Under the pieces are notes generated by a model. That model made no database searches. It saw only the letters and a list, made by a program, of their open reading frames with translations, and had not been told where the DNA came from. DNA of 64,000 nucleotides, from the NCBI GenBank assembly GCA_027490985.1, contig JAIXXC010000332.1:1562-65561 (forward strand). Direction: 5' to 3'. Origin of the DNA: Verrucomicrobiales bacterium. Its GTDB lineage: Bacteria > Verrucomicrobiota > Verrucomicrobiia > Limisphaerales > UBA9464. Positions 11,901-18,742 of this stretch are shown piece after piece; positions within the stretch are counted from its first letter, which is position 1; every line of letters starts with the position of its first letter. The translations under genes and the position numbers were made by a program.

Positions 11901-12507
11901 GGTCTTCGACCAATTCGTGATTCGCAACTGGGAAGGCAGCGAATCGGAGGATGGTCCTGATTTGTGGGAAGTGAACCTCGCCGGGGGCCTGCGCCTGGTT
12001 CGAGGCACGTTCAACAATGGAGGCAGCGAGGCGGCACCCACTCAGTCGTTTCCGGGTGCGTATCCGAACGATCAATTTCCTCCGCGCACCGGGAGCAGCG
12101 AAAGCAACACGCTGGGATTCACTCTGCTTGGAGGGGGCGTTCGAGATTCGGTTTATCGGCACATTCAGGTGTTCCCGCACACTACTTCATCGATGGTTCT
12201 CAATTTCATGGGCTCCGGACTTTCTGAAAGTCCGACCGAAGAGAGTTGGGGCATCGATGACGTGAAGGTCTATCTGGTGCCGGAAACCGGATCCCTGGAA
12301 ATCACCCGGGTCGCCCTGACCGCTCAGGGACTGCATCTGGACATCATGGCCGCCGCCGGTTGGAGCTACGTCATTGAAACCAGTCCGAACCTCAGGGATT
12401 GGAGCCCCCAGCGAACCACCACAGCCCAAGAGGTGCTCACCGAACACCTGGATCCGGAAGCTCTCGGATTGCCCACACGGTTCTACCGGATCCGCCGCCT
12501 TCCCTGA
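2908..12507 (+). CDS. Giant secreted multi-domain protein (3199 aa): multiple LamG/Laminin_G_3 jelly rolls, two NHL/YVTN-like beta-propellers, CARDB/DUF11-like and Ig-like folds
   Basis: Uninterrupted 3199-codon ORF. There is a probable signal peptide if translation starts at ATG 2968 (MAELWGLSLMGLLTAHAQP). LamG-type C-terminal strands recur: FNGDIAEILIFNEVLS, FPGIIREVRIWNRALPQSEI, FRGLLDEVGLLDRALSLEEIERIY, FNGLLDELQVYDRALSAAEIL, GSIQQVSLWGKALPAVDI. Other folds seen are DUF11/CARDB-like LTVTVTNRGPNWASGVVVTN and an Ig-like PPYSFKVSAGTLPPGLDL. Each of the two propeller blocks carries a DRNGDG..DLNGDG loop pair. Confidence 0.9.
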   Translation: MKATTPAHPVVDSTLRAIRRMAELWGLSLMGLLTAHAQPWASTNLTLWLKADAGITLDGKNGVSRWADQSARSNHLEQTDANRRPTVLTNALNGLPTLQFRDDWLTRGNVLGTNLFSSNSVSVFVVQRQLGSDNRTTTLAWRGGNEQRLYLHATYDDTLSFQVGNPSAGGNVATLQPSGWDDVWHVISCHRNGSNGVIRVDGVAVTPPAVFTTEANVHQSAELIVGSDHYGNTFNGDIAEILIFNEVLSVTDRQTVEETLLNKWAVAHAPAALPDLLIQAASDTTAAGDDLYQLQPESDQIRRESVAALRSTSFTVTAQNDGSVAGPILLRASESATPGWRTTYWHGTTNITADLVGSTGYSTSVLAAGSQIELRIEITMAGVVPPGIEKTVTLKAYDLYLPNLVRDVVQAVATATAGVQADLTVRRDRDPAPAGDGLYNTTGVGQSKWQDVFTNQPAIYHATLGNDGNNNAPFSVRGTAGDDPWEVRYFGQWLVFDGVDDAVDVGAWSPGIRWTVEAWVNPSAAPVVRRSIAGGANEARDWGIVLQEGQFGIVTKPADGGVSVTYLSKVPVITNTWYHVAGSCDGTNAILYINGEAKVSGLVLTNHSGTAAGTRIGSESCCGGNSFPGIIREVRIWNRALPQSEITAGMPKTLLGSEPGLEGYWRLDGGGTFPIWDLGPKKRHGTRMNGLAWVPRDLTDAITGGGWSDPVIGGGAAMALDIVVTPRSLVPGKFSQVVSVVAQSMSDPLRSDTILMTTQVRASTSATPIAARYTTTSDFERGWMSGLESWSTPDQLQLGGASGVLPYLWVPNDNDNSVSKVDTRTGRELARYRTGPNSIVGNPSRTTVDLQGNCWVANRNSATVVKVGLLEHGNYDDRNGDGLVQTSRDLNGDGAITGAELLDWGKDECVLHEVLLTPGSENRYTPGTFRGTYPNNYWNPGPRGMAVDARGNLWAGTHDSMRYYSIDGETGAILRAIDVSTVNHTAYGAAIDSRGILWSSGYKDSGEQNLLRLDPADGSFTKTVVDFHSYGIAPDRNDHLFVSGHQESILTRWNLLTGTQDWKISVGANPRGIAVTDDHDVWVVNSGANTLTRLSNDGILRAVIPVGPTPTGVAVDANGKVWVCGTGDDYLRRIDPATDRVDLATRVAGGHYGYSDMTGTIARNSTVRLGLWSEIHDSQVTNTAWQQVVWQGQDPTGTNLQIRLRSSNDTLRWSGWETAASGSPLLKTPPGRYLEFEVTLRAVPGAPAPVLLDLSTTGRAPAATDLALVLNATPSPVLSEYPQTLTVTVTNRGPNWASGVVVTNLLPSNFDVISVTVPGGFYTRSTHQIVCTLDGVAPGGSGVIRLHGSPLSAGAFRLESTVTANESDPDRSNNTAQIDWVAQPVACVAPMAGWVAWWTADGTTNDVTQDHPFIAQGGPTFIAGKTGQAFLFDSNDDRLTTAHQDAFNLNRSGFSAVFWMKGGKDQPGQSEALCTLLEKSHGWLDNTGWAFQAYAATGELGFGAGQGGGTGNGFVSANSLVDVLDERWHCIAGTWDGFNLRLYVDGQLQRVTPLLIPANNSRPLNLGFTWGNGSPRRFFRGLLDEVGLLDRALSLEEIERIYSARSGGLCRQSPAILHPFRIEDAVVGNPLEETILAALGTPPYSFKVSAGTLPPGLDLSPQGVLAGRPEAAGRYGFTVRVTDASGAFIDKPYLHFIAACVARPSGLIGYWNADDATDNLSGIHHGSLEYNAGFTAGRVGNAFVLDGTDDAIRLFGSSAGPLRITTNQVTVAAWINLSATNPPANGYSMILDKAWDGSPNGYQLAVIQGELEAWIATVDSPKGLGVRFALPRQRWVHVATTYDGITLRLYQDGIEVASAPLTGNILPNNHDACIGNDNWPGSRAYAFNGLLDELQVYDRALSAAEILSIQSAQGAGFCPWLFADLMIKGGSQPDSAFSGNNEYHPIPNAAQTLEQKVDPLASTAFEVMIENDGPVPRSYTLRSIEDSAQDWTIDYRDTAGTDLSGKLHSTEGFTTDILAPGSTRKIRITLSPGLSVPAAGTKSAVIQVTLDSGATTLRDAVRIVAKVNPTYQPDLMIRRDLDDSFAGEGVFNTTGLGQSRRLEVSPGQSATYYLQLKNHGNTTHRMRLTASSPAVDWSLNVCGARPALRFDGGDDHVSIPHSPNLHSDRGLSISAWIRTDGFPRQWQNILWKGNTPDCTGGCENREYALWLHSNGHIALSSTPTSRIGAGELFLETAAGGIQANRWHHIAAVLNSDDNTMRIYIDGDLKALGGYSTNSIRTTTGPLQIGLNAPGQWPFLGSIQQVSLWGKALPAVDIAQLGVRNPIGSETQLRGYWPLIDGEGLIARDASKNRNHGTLTNGPVWGFAPVDGSSCFDLAPFLGAGWTNLVLEPKGSLDFVVQVTPGPHAAAGSSQTITFTAESLTDPDQRDVAASTTTVGNPSTTPQPGTYTSNQDFDLGRLSGVETTSTADQLQLSSQSAALRFLWVPNSEGTISKVDTLNGRELGRYRTGPPAVNSQPSRTTVDLVGNCYVANRYSGTLVKVGLLEQGQGIDRNGDGILQTSRDLNGDGDITGDELLPWGSDECVLWETSLIPGEEGFFTPGTFTGTYRNDWGTPGVRGVAVDVQGNVWVGTLETKKFYYIEGSSGRILRTIDVSSVNHRTYGAVLDRSGILWASSHDRNEVLRMDPASGEFRVLPLGHFSYGIGMDRNGHVFVSGWESSRLSRIDAATATIEWNVPTVTQARGIAVTDDGDVWVAHSSPGIVVRRSNSGALKASIPVGNQPTGVAVDSRGMVWSVGVGEPSIRRIDPSRNVVDLVKLIRCDNREGYHYGYSDMTGNMVRNSTTRIGFWTVIHDSKVAGTPWGTVSWEGQEPLGTSIQIRVRSSNDQRTWSLWESARKGTSLRATPLGRYLEVQVTLQSQQPGLTPRFQSLTVVPAREVQYGTLHYSQDFSQTIGPEWSNQHTALTPQGNRRFLGEFGNQTVTLTLTNLPPHGAATVVFDQFVIRNWEGSESEDGPDLWEVNLAGGLRLVRGTFNNGGSEAAPTQSFPGAYPNDQFPPRTGSSESNTLGFTLLGGGVRDSVYRHIQVFPHTTSSMVLNFMGSGLSESPTEESWGIDDVKVYLVPETGSLEITRVALTAQGLHLDIMAAAGWSYVIETSPNLRDWSPQRTTTAQEVLTEHLDPEALGLPTRFYRIRRLP
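3721..6670 (+). repeat. Copy A of a roughly 3-kb intragenic super-module (2 Ig-like sandwiches + LamG + beta-propeller + tail)
   Basis: Protein-level colinearity with 8671..11710. Examples are ADLTVRRDRDPAPAGDGLYNTTGVGQS, LWVPNDNDNSVSKVDTRTGRELARYRTGP, SRTTVDLQGNCWVANRNSATVVKVGLLE, YGYSDMTG and NLQIRLRSSND. Boundaries are approximate. Confidence 0.75.
8671..11710 (+). repeat. Copy B of the roughly 3-kb intragenic super-module
   Basis: Matches copy A in order and sequence. Examples are PDLMIRRDLDDSFAGEGVFNTTGLGQS, LWVPNSEGTISKVDTLNGRELGRYRTGP, SRTTVDLVGNCYVANRYSGTLVKVGLLE, YGYSDMTG and SIQIRVRSSND. Boundaries are approximate. Confidence 0.75.
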
Positions 12508-12531
12508 AACCTCTCCGCTGAGTGGATGGGT

Positions 12532-15500
12532 TCACGCTCGGGATCGGTGATGCGCCATGAAATAGAGCACAGGCACGGCCATGCGGCTGATGAGCAACGA
12601 AGCGACTTCGCCGGCCATGAGAGAAATGGCCAATCCCTGGAAGATCGGATCGGCCAAGATGACCCCAGCCCCCACGATCACCGCCGCGGCCGTGAGCACC
12701 ATGGGCCGGAACCGGACAGCGCCCGCCTCGATCACCGCCCGATCGAGAGGCATCCCCTCACGCAGTCCCTGCTCGATGAAATCGACCAGGATGATGGAAT
12801 TGCGGACCACGATCCCGGCTCCCGCCATGAATCCGATCATGGAGGTGGCGGTGAAGAACGCCCCCATCGCCCCATGGGCCGGCAGGATCCCGACCAACGA
12901 GAACGGAATGGCCACCATCACCAGCAGCGGGGTCACGAACGAGCGGAACCACCCCACCATGAGCACGTAGATGAGCACGAGCACTGCGGCGAACGCGATG
13001 CCCAGATCGCGGAACACCTCGAGGGTGATGTGCCATTCGCCATCCCATTTCATCGAAGGCTCGGCATCCGTGAAGGGCATCGAGGCGTTGTGGATGCGCG
13101 GGGCTCCGGGCAGGGCCGCCAGTTTCTTGTTCATTTCCGCAATGGCGTAGACGGGGCTTTCGATCACGCCGGCCACGTCGCCGATCACGTAGGTCACGGG
13201 CATCAGGTTCTTGCGGTGGCGACTCTTGTCGACAGTCCCCTTTTCGATGCGCACCAGTTCGCGGAGAGGGACCAGCGGCGGCCCCGTCTGGGATCCACCG
13301 GGTTCCGGCAAAGCATTGGCGTCGCCACTGCGCACACGCAGGGCCAGCAATTCCTCGGGCAGTACGCGGGACGAGCGTGGCAACTGCAGCACCAGGTTCA
13401 CGTCCTCCTTCTCCCTCGGCACATGCAGCAGGTCCACCGATTCGCCCCCCACGGCGATGCGGAGCGTCTGGGAGAGCGTCTCGGCGCTGATGCCCACCAG
13501 GGCGGCCTTCTCCTTGTCGATGACGAAGCGGGCCTTGGGTTGATCGGCCTCGACGTACCAATCCACGTCGACCACGCCGGGGGTGTTCTGGAAGATCGCC
13601 CTCACCTGCTCCGCGAGAGCCGATCGCGCCGCGTCGGTCGGGCCATAGATCTCGGCGACCAGGGTCTGGAGCACCGGCGGACCCGGCGGCACCTCGGCCA
13701 CGGCGACCCGCGCTCCGAACCGTTGGGCGACCCGGGTCACGGCCGGCCGGATGCGCTTGGCGATGTCGTGGCTTTGAGCCTTGCGCTGGTGTTTGCCCAC
13801 CAGATTGACCTGGATGTCGGCCACCGAGGCGCCCCGTCGGAGGAAGTAATGGCGGACCAGGCCGTTGAAGTTGAAGGGTGAGGCCACCCCCACATACACC
13901 TGATAATCGGTCACCTCGGATTCGTCGCGCACGGCCGACGCGATCTCCCGGGCGGCCTGGGCCGTGCGCTCCAGCGAACTGCCCTCGGGCATGTTGAGGA
14001 TGATCTGGAACTCCGATTTGTTGTCGAAAGGCAGCATCTTCACGGTGACCCATCCGCCGACGACCGTGGCCATGGCTCCCACAAGCAAGACGGTGATCAC
14101 TCCGAGGAACGACCATTGCCACAGCGGATGATGCAGCAAGGGGTCCATCACCCGGCGGTACAGGCGGGTCAGCGCATCTTCCGAGGCCGACGAGGCTCCG
14201 GAGCCCCCATGGGCTCCACCCGAGTGCAAGGCGGCCAGACGGGCCTCGCCACGGAACCATCGGAGCATCCGGATGGCGGCCCAGGGCGTGACGATGAAGG
14301 CGATGAGCAGCGACCAGAACATCGCGGCGGTCGCTCCGATGGGAATCGGGCGCATGTAGGGCCCCATCAGGCCGCCGACGAACGCCATGGGCAGGACCGC
14401 CGCGATCACCGCGAAAGTGGCGAGAATGGTGGGATTGCCCACCTCGCTGACCGCCTCGACGGCGATGGCGTTCCAGGCACGTCCCCGGTTCCGCGGCAGG
14501 TGGAAGTGGCGGACGATGTTCTCGACCACCACGATCGCATCATCGACCAGGATGCCGATGCTGAAGATCAGGGCGAAGAGCGTGATGCGATTGAGCGTGA
14601 AGCCGTACAGGTAGAAGACCAACAGCGTCAGGGCCAAGGTGGCCGGGATGGCCACGGCCACGATCCCCGATTCACGCCAGCCCAGGGTCAACCCGATGAG
14701 CAACGACACGCTCAGCACCGCGATGCCCATGTGCAGCAGCAGTTCGTTGGATTTCTCGGCGGCGGTCTCGCCGTAGTGGCGGGTGATCGACACGGTCACA
14801 TCGGCCGGGATCAGGTTGCCCTTCAACGAATCCACCTTGCGCAGGACCTCTTCGGCCACCGAGATGGCATTGGCACCCGGGCGCTTGCCGATCGCCAGCG
14901 TCACCGCGGGTTGCTCTCGAAGACCAACGGCATTCGTGGAGGCCGCACCCGTGCCATGGAACACATAGTTCGACGGTTCCTCGGCCCCATCCACGACGTC
15001 GGCCACTTCGCGCAGATAGATGGGCCGGCCGCCCGAGACGCCCACCACCACATTCCCGACCTCTTCGGCGTTTTGCAGGAACGCGCCGGTCTCGAGAACC
15101 AGCGACTGGTTCATGGTGGTCAACTCGCCGCTGCGGAACTGACGATTGGCCTGCCGCAACATGGGAATGAGGCCCACCGGACTGAGCCCCCGCGACGCCA
15201 GACGCGCCGGGTCGAGCAACACCCGCAACTCGCGCCGCGCGCCCCCCAGAACGGAGCTCTCGCCCACCAGCGGCACCTGTTTCACCGCGTCGTCCACCTG
15301 GGAGGCGAGGCGGCGCAAAGTCAGGTGATCGTAGCGCTCACTGTGGAAGGTCAGCGCCAGGATCGGGACATCGTCGATCGATCGGGGTTTGATCAATGGA
15401 AAGGCCACCCCGTGGGGCATGCGATCCAGATTGGCACGCAGCTTCTCGGACACCTTCACCAGGCTCGCATCCGGATCGGAACCCACCTTGAAGCGCACGA

Positions 15501-15828
15501 TCGTCAGGGCCTTACCCTCCCGCGATTGCGAATAGAGGTATTCCACCCCGGGCACCTCCCAGAGCAGTTTCTCCATGGGCCGCGTGGCCCTCTCTTCGAC
15601 CTCTCCGGCCGACGCCCCCGGCATGGCGACCATCACGTCCATCATCGGCACCCGGATCTGCGGCTCTTCCTCGCGCGGCAGCATGAGCACCGCGAAGGCT
15701 CCCAGGAGCACCGAGGCGACCACGATGAGCGGGGTCAGCTTGGAATCGATGAAGGCGTGGGCGATCCGCCCGGCCAGGCCCAACATCGAGGGGGTGTTGG
15801 GCGTCGGGCTCGACGGGTCCGAGGTCAC
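12532..15828 (-). CDS. Efflux RND transporter permease subunit (AcrB/CzcA superfamily)
   Basis: 1098 aa. The N-terminus is typical: [37 protein letters not shown]. Conserved [10 protein letters not shown] and [10 protein letters not shown] segments are present, with a 12-TM-type hydrophobic pattern. The GTG start overlaps the MFP stop (GTGA). Confidence 0.93.
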   Translation of the reverse strand: MTSDPSSPTPNTPSMLGLAGRIAHAFIDSKLTPLIVVASVLLGAFAVLMLPREEEPQIRVPMMDVMVAMPGASAGEVEERATRPMEKLLWEVPGVEYLYSQSREGKALTIVRFKVGSDPDASLVKVSEKLRANLDRMPHGVAFPLIKPRSIDDVPILALTFHSERYDHLTLRRLASQVDDAVKQVPLVGESSVLGGARRELRVLLDPARLASRGLSPVGLIPMLRQANRQFRSGELTTMNQSLVLETGAFLQNAEEVGNVVVGVSGGRPIYLREVADVVDGAEEPSNYVFHGTGAASTNAVGLREQPAVTLAIGKRPGANAISVAEEVLRKVDSLKGNLIPADVTVSITRHYGETAAEKSNELLLHMGIAVLSVSLLIGLTLGWRESGIVAVAIPATLALTLLVFYLYGFTLNRITLFALIFSIGILVDDAIVVVENIVRHFHLPRNRGRAWNAIAVEAVSEVGNPTILATFAVIAAVLPMAFVGGLMGPYMRPIPIGATAAMFWSLLIAFIVTPWAAIRMLRWFRGEARLAALHSGGAHGGSGASSASEDALTRLYRRVMDPLLHHPLWQWSFLGVITVLLVGAMATVVGGWVTVKMLPFDNKSEFQIILNMPEGSSLERTAQAAREIASAVRDESEVTDYQVYVGVASPFNFNGLVRHYFLRRGASVADIQVNLVGKHQRKAQSHDIAKRIRPAVTRVAQRFGARVAVAEVPPGPPVLQTLVAEIYGPTDAARSALAEQVRAIFQNTPGVVDVDWYVEADQPKARFVIDKEKAALVGISAETLSQTLRIAVGGESVDLLHVPREKEDVNLVLQLPRSSRVLPEELLALRVRSGDANALPEPGGSQTGPPLVPLRELVRIEKGTVDKSRHRKNLMPVTYVIGDVAGVIESPVYAIAEMNKKLAALPGAPRIHNASMPFTDAEPSMKWDGEWHITLEVFRDLGIAFAAVLVLIYVLMVGWFRSFVTPLLVMVAIPFSLVGILPAHGAMGAFFTATSMIGFMAGAGIVVRNSIILVDFIEQGLREGMPLDRAVIEAGAVRFRPMVLTAAAVIVGAGVILADPIFQGLAISLMAGEVASLLISRMAVPVLYFMAHHRSRA

Positions 15829-16889
15829 GGGCCGACCTCCAGGGCCTGACCGTCACGCACCTGCTCCGGATTCAGCACGACCACCGTTTCACCCGACTCC
15901 ACCCCCGAGATGATCTCTACAGCGTCACCCAGGCGCTTGCCGGTCCGGATGAGCCGCAGACGGCCTTGTCCGGCCGTGACCACGACCACGTACTCGAGTT
16001 GTCCGCGCTGGAATACGGCCGCTGCAGGCACCTGGGGCACCGAGGCCTGCGCCGTGGGCACGGCCACCCGCCCGAACTGTCCCGAGCGCAGCCCGGGAGC
16101 CGGACTCAGGTCGAGTTTGACCCGGTAGGTGCGACTCACCGCCTCGGCCACCGGAGCCATCTCGACCACCGTCCCCTCGATCGGATCCTTCCGCGAGGCG
16201 ATGCGCACCGGCAATCGGGCCCCGAAGCCGATCTGGTCGATCAGGGCCTCGGGCACATCGGCCTCGAATCTCAGGTGCTCGGGATCCTCGACCTCCACCA
16301 GCGCCCGACCCGGAGTGGCCAGGTCCCCGACATCGACCCGTTTGCTGGTGACGACTCCGTCGAATGGGGCGACGACCCGCGCATGCCCCTGCAGGGTTTC
16401 CATCTCGGACACCGCGGCGGCCGCGATCCGGTGCCGGGCTTCCATCGTCTCGACTTCCGAAGGCGTCGCGGCACCGTCCTTCAGGAGTTTCCGGACCCGT
16501 TCGAGATCGCGCACCGATTGCTCGAGCACGGCCTTGGCCGACTCGAGGCGCGCCTGGGTTTCCCGGGCATCCAGCACCACGAGCGTGTCTCCCTGTCGCA
16601 CCCTCTGACCCGGCGCCACCGGGAGCGACTCGATCCGGCCGGCCACCTTGGCCTCGACGGTGGCGTGCCATCGGGTGCGCACCGTCCCCACGACCTCCTC
16701 GGTGGCGCTCAAGCCATGGCTCTCCACGACCACCACCCGAACCCGGGCTGGAACCGCGGTCGAAGGCGCCGGTGCGACCGGCTTGGGCTCGGGGCCGCAG
16801 CCCGCCACCAGGATCAGCAATCCCAAGAGGCAACTCCGAAACCCGTGGGCCGGGGACCATCGCAAGGCAGCATTCATGAGAAACAACAT
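15825..16889 (-). CDS. Efflux RND periplasmic adaptor (membrane fusion protein), lipoprotein-type
   Basis: Start chosen at ATG 16889 ([11 protein letters not shown]...LLILVAGC lipobox). The body has HlyD/MFP-like barrel-sandwich and coiled-coil regions ([31 protein letters not shown]...[17 protein letters not shown]). The track ORF 15825..17495 overextends through the thioredoxin gene. Confidence 0.88.
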   Translation of the reverse strand: MLFLMNAALRWSPAHGFRSCLLGLLILVAGCGPEPKPVAPAPSTAVPARVRVVVVESHGLSATEEVVGTVRTRWHATVEAKVAGRIESLPVAPGQRVRQGDTLVVLDARETQARLESAKAVLEQSVRDLERVRKLLKDGAATPSEVETMEARHRIAAAAVSEMETLQGHARVVAPFDGVVTSKRVDVGDLATPGRALVEVEDPEHLRFEADVPEALIDQIGFGARLPVRIASRKDPIEGTVVEMAPVAEAVSRTYRVKLDLSPAPGLRSGQFGRVAVPTAQASVPQVPAAAVFQRGQLEYVVVVTAGQGRLRLIRTGKRLGDAVEIISGVESGETVVVLNPEQVRDGQALEVGP

Positions 16890-17350
16890 CAGCGGGCCGT
16901 CTGGTCGATGAACTCCTTCAGTCGGGAGGCCGACATCGCTCCCGAGGTCCTGGCCACCTCCGATCCACCCCGTAACACCACGAAGGTCGGAATGGATTGG
17001 ATGCGATGGGCGGTGGCCACTTCGGGCACCGCTTCGGTGTCGACCTTCACGATCAGCGCCTGGTCCCCCATGAGGCCGGCCAGCCGCTCGATCTCCGGCG
17101 CCACGCTGCGACACGGCCCACACCACGGCGCCCAGAAATCCACGAACACCGGGCACGGCACACCGGCCACCAAGGCGGAGAACGTCTGCGGGTCCTGCAC
17201 GTCGACCACCGCAGCCGGTCGGGGCAGTTCCACCTTGCAGCGGCCGCAGCGGATCACCGAATCCCACTGCGGATAAACCCGACGGTTCGCTTGGGAACAG
17301 GCGGGGCAAACGAGGATGAGGCCGCGCGAGTCGGCCGAAAGGTGGGGCAT
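16889..17350 (-). CDS. trxC: Thioredoxin 2-type thioredoxin (N-terminal zinc-finger CxxC pairs + WCGPC)
   Basis: 153 aa. It has CPACSQ...CGRCK followed by FWAPWCGPC and IQSIPTFVVL. Its stop overlaps the MFP start (TGATG). Confidence 0.9.
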   Translation of the reverse strand: MPHLSADSRGLILVCPACSQANRRVYPQWDSVIRCGRCKVELPRPAAVVDVQDPQTFSALVAGVPCPVFVDFWAPWCGPCRSVAPEIERLAGLMGDQALIVKVDTEAVPEVATAHRIQSIPTFVVLRGGSEVARTSGAMSASRLKEFIDQTAR

Positions 17351-17353
17351 GGC

Positions 17354-17575
17354 TCAATGCTTCTGACAGGTTCCCGAGCAGCATCCGCCGGATCCGACGC
17401 CCAGCCTCTTGAATACGCTCTCGGCCGGGCAGAACCCGGTGATGGCGGACTGGATGAGATTCACCCCCACAAAGCAGGTCATGAGCAACCACCACGGACT
17501 CACGAAATGGGCCAAGGCGACACTGGTCAGGATCATCGACCCCGCCATCACACGGATCAGATTCTCGGTTTTCAT
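17354..17575 (-). CDS. DUF2892 (YgaP-like) small inner-membrane protein with Cys-rich C-terminal tail
   Basis: Start taken at MKTENLIRVMAG. Two hydrophobic helices are present, plus the conserved LIQSAITGFCP motif of DUF2892. The tail is GSGGCCSGTCQKH. It ends 3 nt before the thioredoxin start. Confidence 0.7.
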   Translation of the reverse strand: MKTENLIRVMAGSMILTSVALAHFVSPWWLLMTCFVGVNLIQSAITGFCPAESVFKRLGVGSGGCCSGTCQKH

Positions 17576-17691
17576 GGGATCAGGTTGGAACATCGCTGTC
17601 GGTTTGTAATTATGAGTGTATGATCATCTTTTAAATTTTCAATAGCTCTTTGAACTCTCCCTTCGGAGAGCCACCCTGAAATCCCTTCGTC
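17576..17691. promoter_or_regulatory. AT-rich divergent intergenic region between the DUF2892 operon and cutA
   Basis: This is the only spacer available for both divergent promoters. There is a conspicuous local GC drop (tgtaattatgagtgtatgatcatcttttaaattttcaatag). A CTCTCC-cttc-GGAGAG hairpin lies at 17655..17670 in the cutA leader. No confident -35/-10 assignment was possible. Confidence 0.35.
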
Positions 17692-18060
17692 GTGAAGTCG
17701 TCCCGATCCTTTGTCACCGTCTGGGTGAGCGTTCCCCGACGCGCCCTGGCTCTGAAACTCAGCCGCCTCGCCGTGGAGTCGGGGCTGGCCGCCTGCGCCC
17801 AGATCTCCGGTCCCATGGAGTCCGTCTACCGCTGGCAGGGGGCGATCGAATCGGCCAAGGAATGGCGACTTGTGTTCAAGACGCGCTCGTCGCTGGTGGC
17901 GGAACTCGAGACCCTGGTCGGCACGAACCACCCCTACGACACCCCCCAATTCGTGGTGATGCCCCTCCTGGGAGGCTCGGCGAAGTACCTGGAGTGGCTC
18001 GGTGAGTGCACCCCCGCCCCATCGCGGCGCCATCCCCGAACCCCACCGAAGAACCCCTGA
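17692..18060 (+). CDS. cutA: Divalent-cation tolerance protein CutA
   Basis: 122 aa. CutA1-like strings are present: VTVWVSVP...LAACAQISGPMESVYRWQGAIESAKEWRLVFKT...HPYDTPQFVVMPL. Confidence 0.85.
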   Translation: MKSSRSFVTVWVSVPRRALALKLSRLAVESGLAACAQISGPMESVYRWQGAIESAKEWRLVFKTRSSLVAELETLVGTNHPYDTPQFVVMPLLGGSAKYLEWLGECTPAPSRRHPRTPPKNP

Positions 18061-18063
18061 AGC

Positions 18064-18678
18064 ATGGGTGTCAGCGCCAAAGAGTTCGCCGCAATGGAAG
18101 CGCGCCTGTCCGGACGGGCGACGAAGTCCTCCGGTGGATCCGCATCACAGCCCGAACCGGGATTGCGCCTGCCCGAAGGCTCCCGGGTCCTGGGCATCGA
18201 CCCGTCCTTGCGGGGAACCGGCTGGGGGGTCATCCGGATCGGCCCGCGTGAACCGTCCTTCGTGGAGGCCGGCACCATCCGATGCCCGAAAAGCTGGGAG
18301 CGCTCCCGCTGCCTGGGCGAGATCAGCCGCGCCTTGAGCGAGGTGCTCCAGCGGCATCCCCCCGCCCTCTGCGTCTGCGAAGGCCTGTTCTTCGCCCAGA
18401 ATCTGCAGACCGCACTCATCATGGGCGAGGCCCGCGGAGCGGCCATGGCCGCGGTGGCCCGGACCGGCGTTGAAATCCATGAGATCAGCCCGAGAAAGGT
18501 CAAACTGGCCATGGTCGGCTACGGAGCCGCGCAGAAGATCGCCGTGGCCAAGATGGTGCAACGACAACTCAGGCTGAGCGACACCCCCGACCCGGATGCC
18601 GCCGACGCCCTGGCGCTGGCGCTGGTGATGGCGCAGGAGCTGCGCAACCCACTCGGGCCGGCCTCCAAGCGGGTCTGA
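18064..18678 (+). CDS. ruvC: Crossover junction endodeoxyribonuclease RuvC
   Basis: Contains VLGIDPSLRGTGWGVI, GYGAAQKIAVAKMVQRQLRL and PDAADALALAL. The N-terminal roughly 35 aa may be an overcall of the start. Confidence 0.9.
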   Translation: MGVSAKEFAAMEARLSGRATKSSGGSASQPEPGLRLPEGSRVLGIDPSLRGTGWGVIRIGPREPSFVEAGTIRCPKSWERSRCLGEISRALSEVLQRHPPALCVCEGLFFAQNLQTALIMGEARGAAMAAVARTGVEIHEISPRKVKLAMVGYGAAQKIAVAKMVQRQLRLSDTPDPDAADALALALVMAQELRNPLGPASKRV

Positions 18679-18742
18679 GCGAACCCCGGGCCCGGACCAT
18701 TCTGGTGCTGCGGATCGAGTCCGGAATCGCTTTCATCGCGCC

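Noticed and set aside
6958-12180. Minus-strand ORFs of 581, 476 and 571 aa (6958..8703, 8719..10149, 10465..12180) inside the giant gene.
   Set aside because: They are antisense shadows of a frame with strong repeated domain signatures. Their composition is Gly/Arg/Asp/Pro-rich with no motifs.
12526-15849. Plus-strand ORFs of 451 and 577 aa (12526..13881, 14116..15849), and the minus-strand 500-aa ORF 12758..14260, over the RND gene.
   Set aside because: The RND permease frame has unmistakable transporter motifs and TM periodicity. These ORFs are His/Arg/Asp/Gly-rich shadows.
15825-17495. 556-aa version of the MFP ORF extending upstream through the thioredoxin and DUF2892 genes.
   Set aside because: The extension overlaps two genes that have clear family motifs in other frames. 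An internal ATG at 16889 gives a canonical lipoprotein signal (LLILVAGC) and a normal MFP length.
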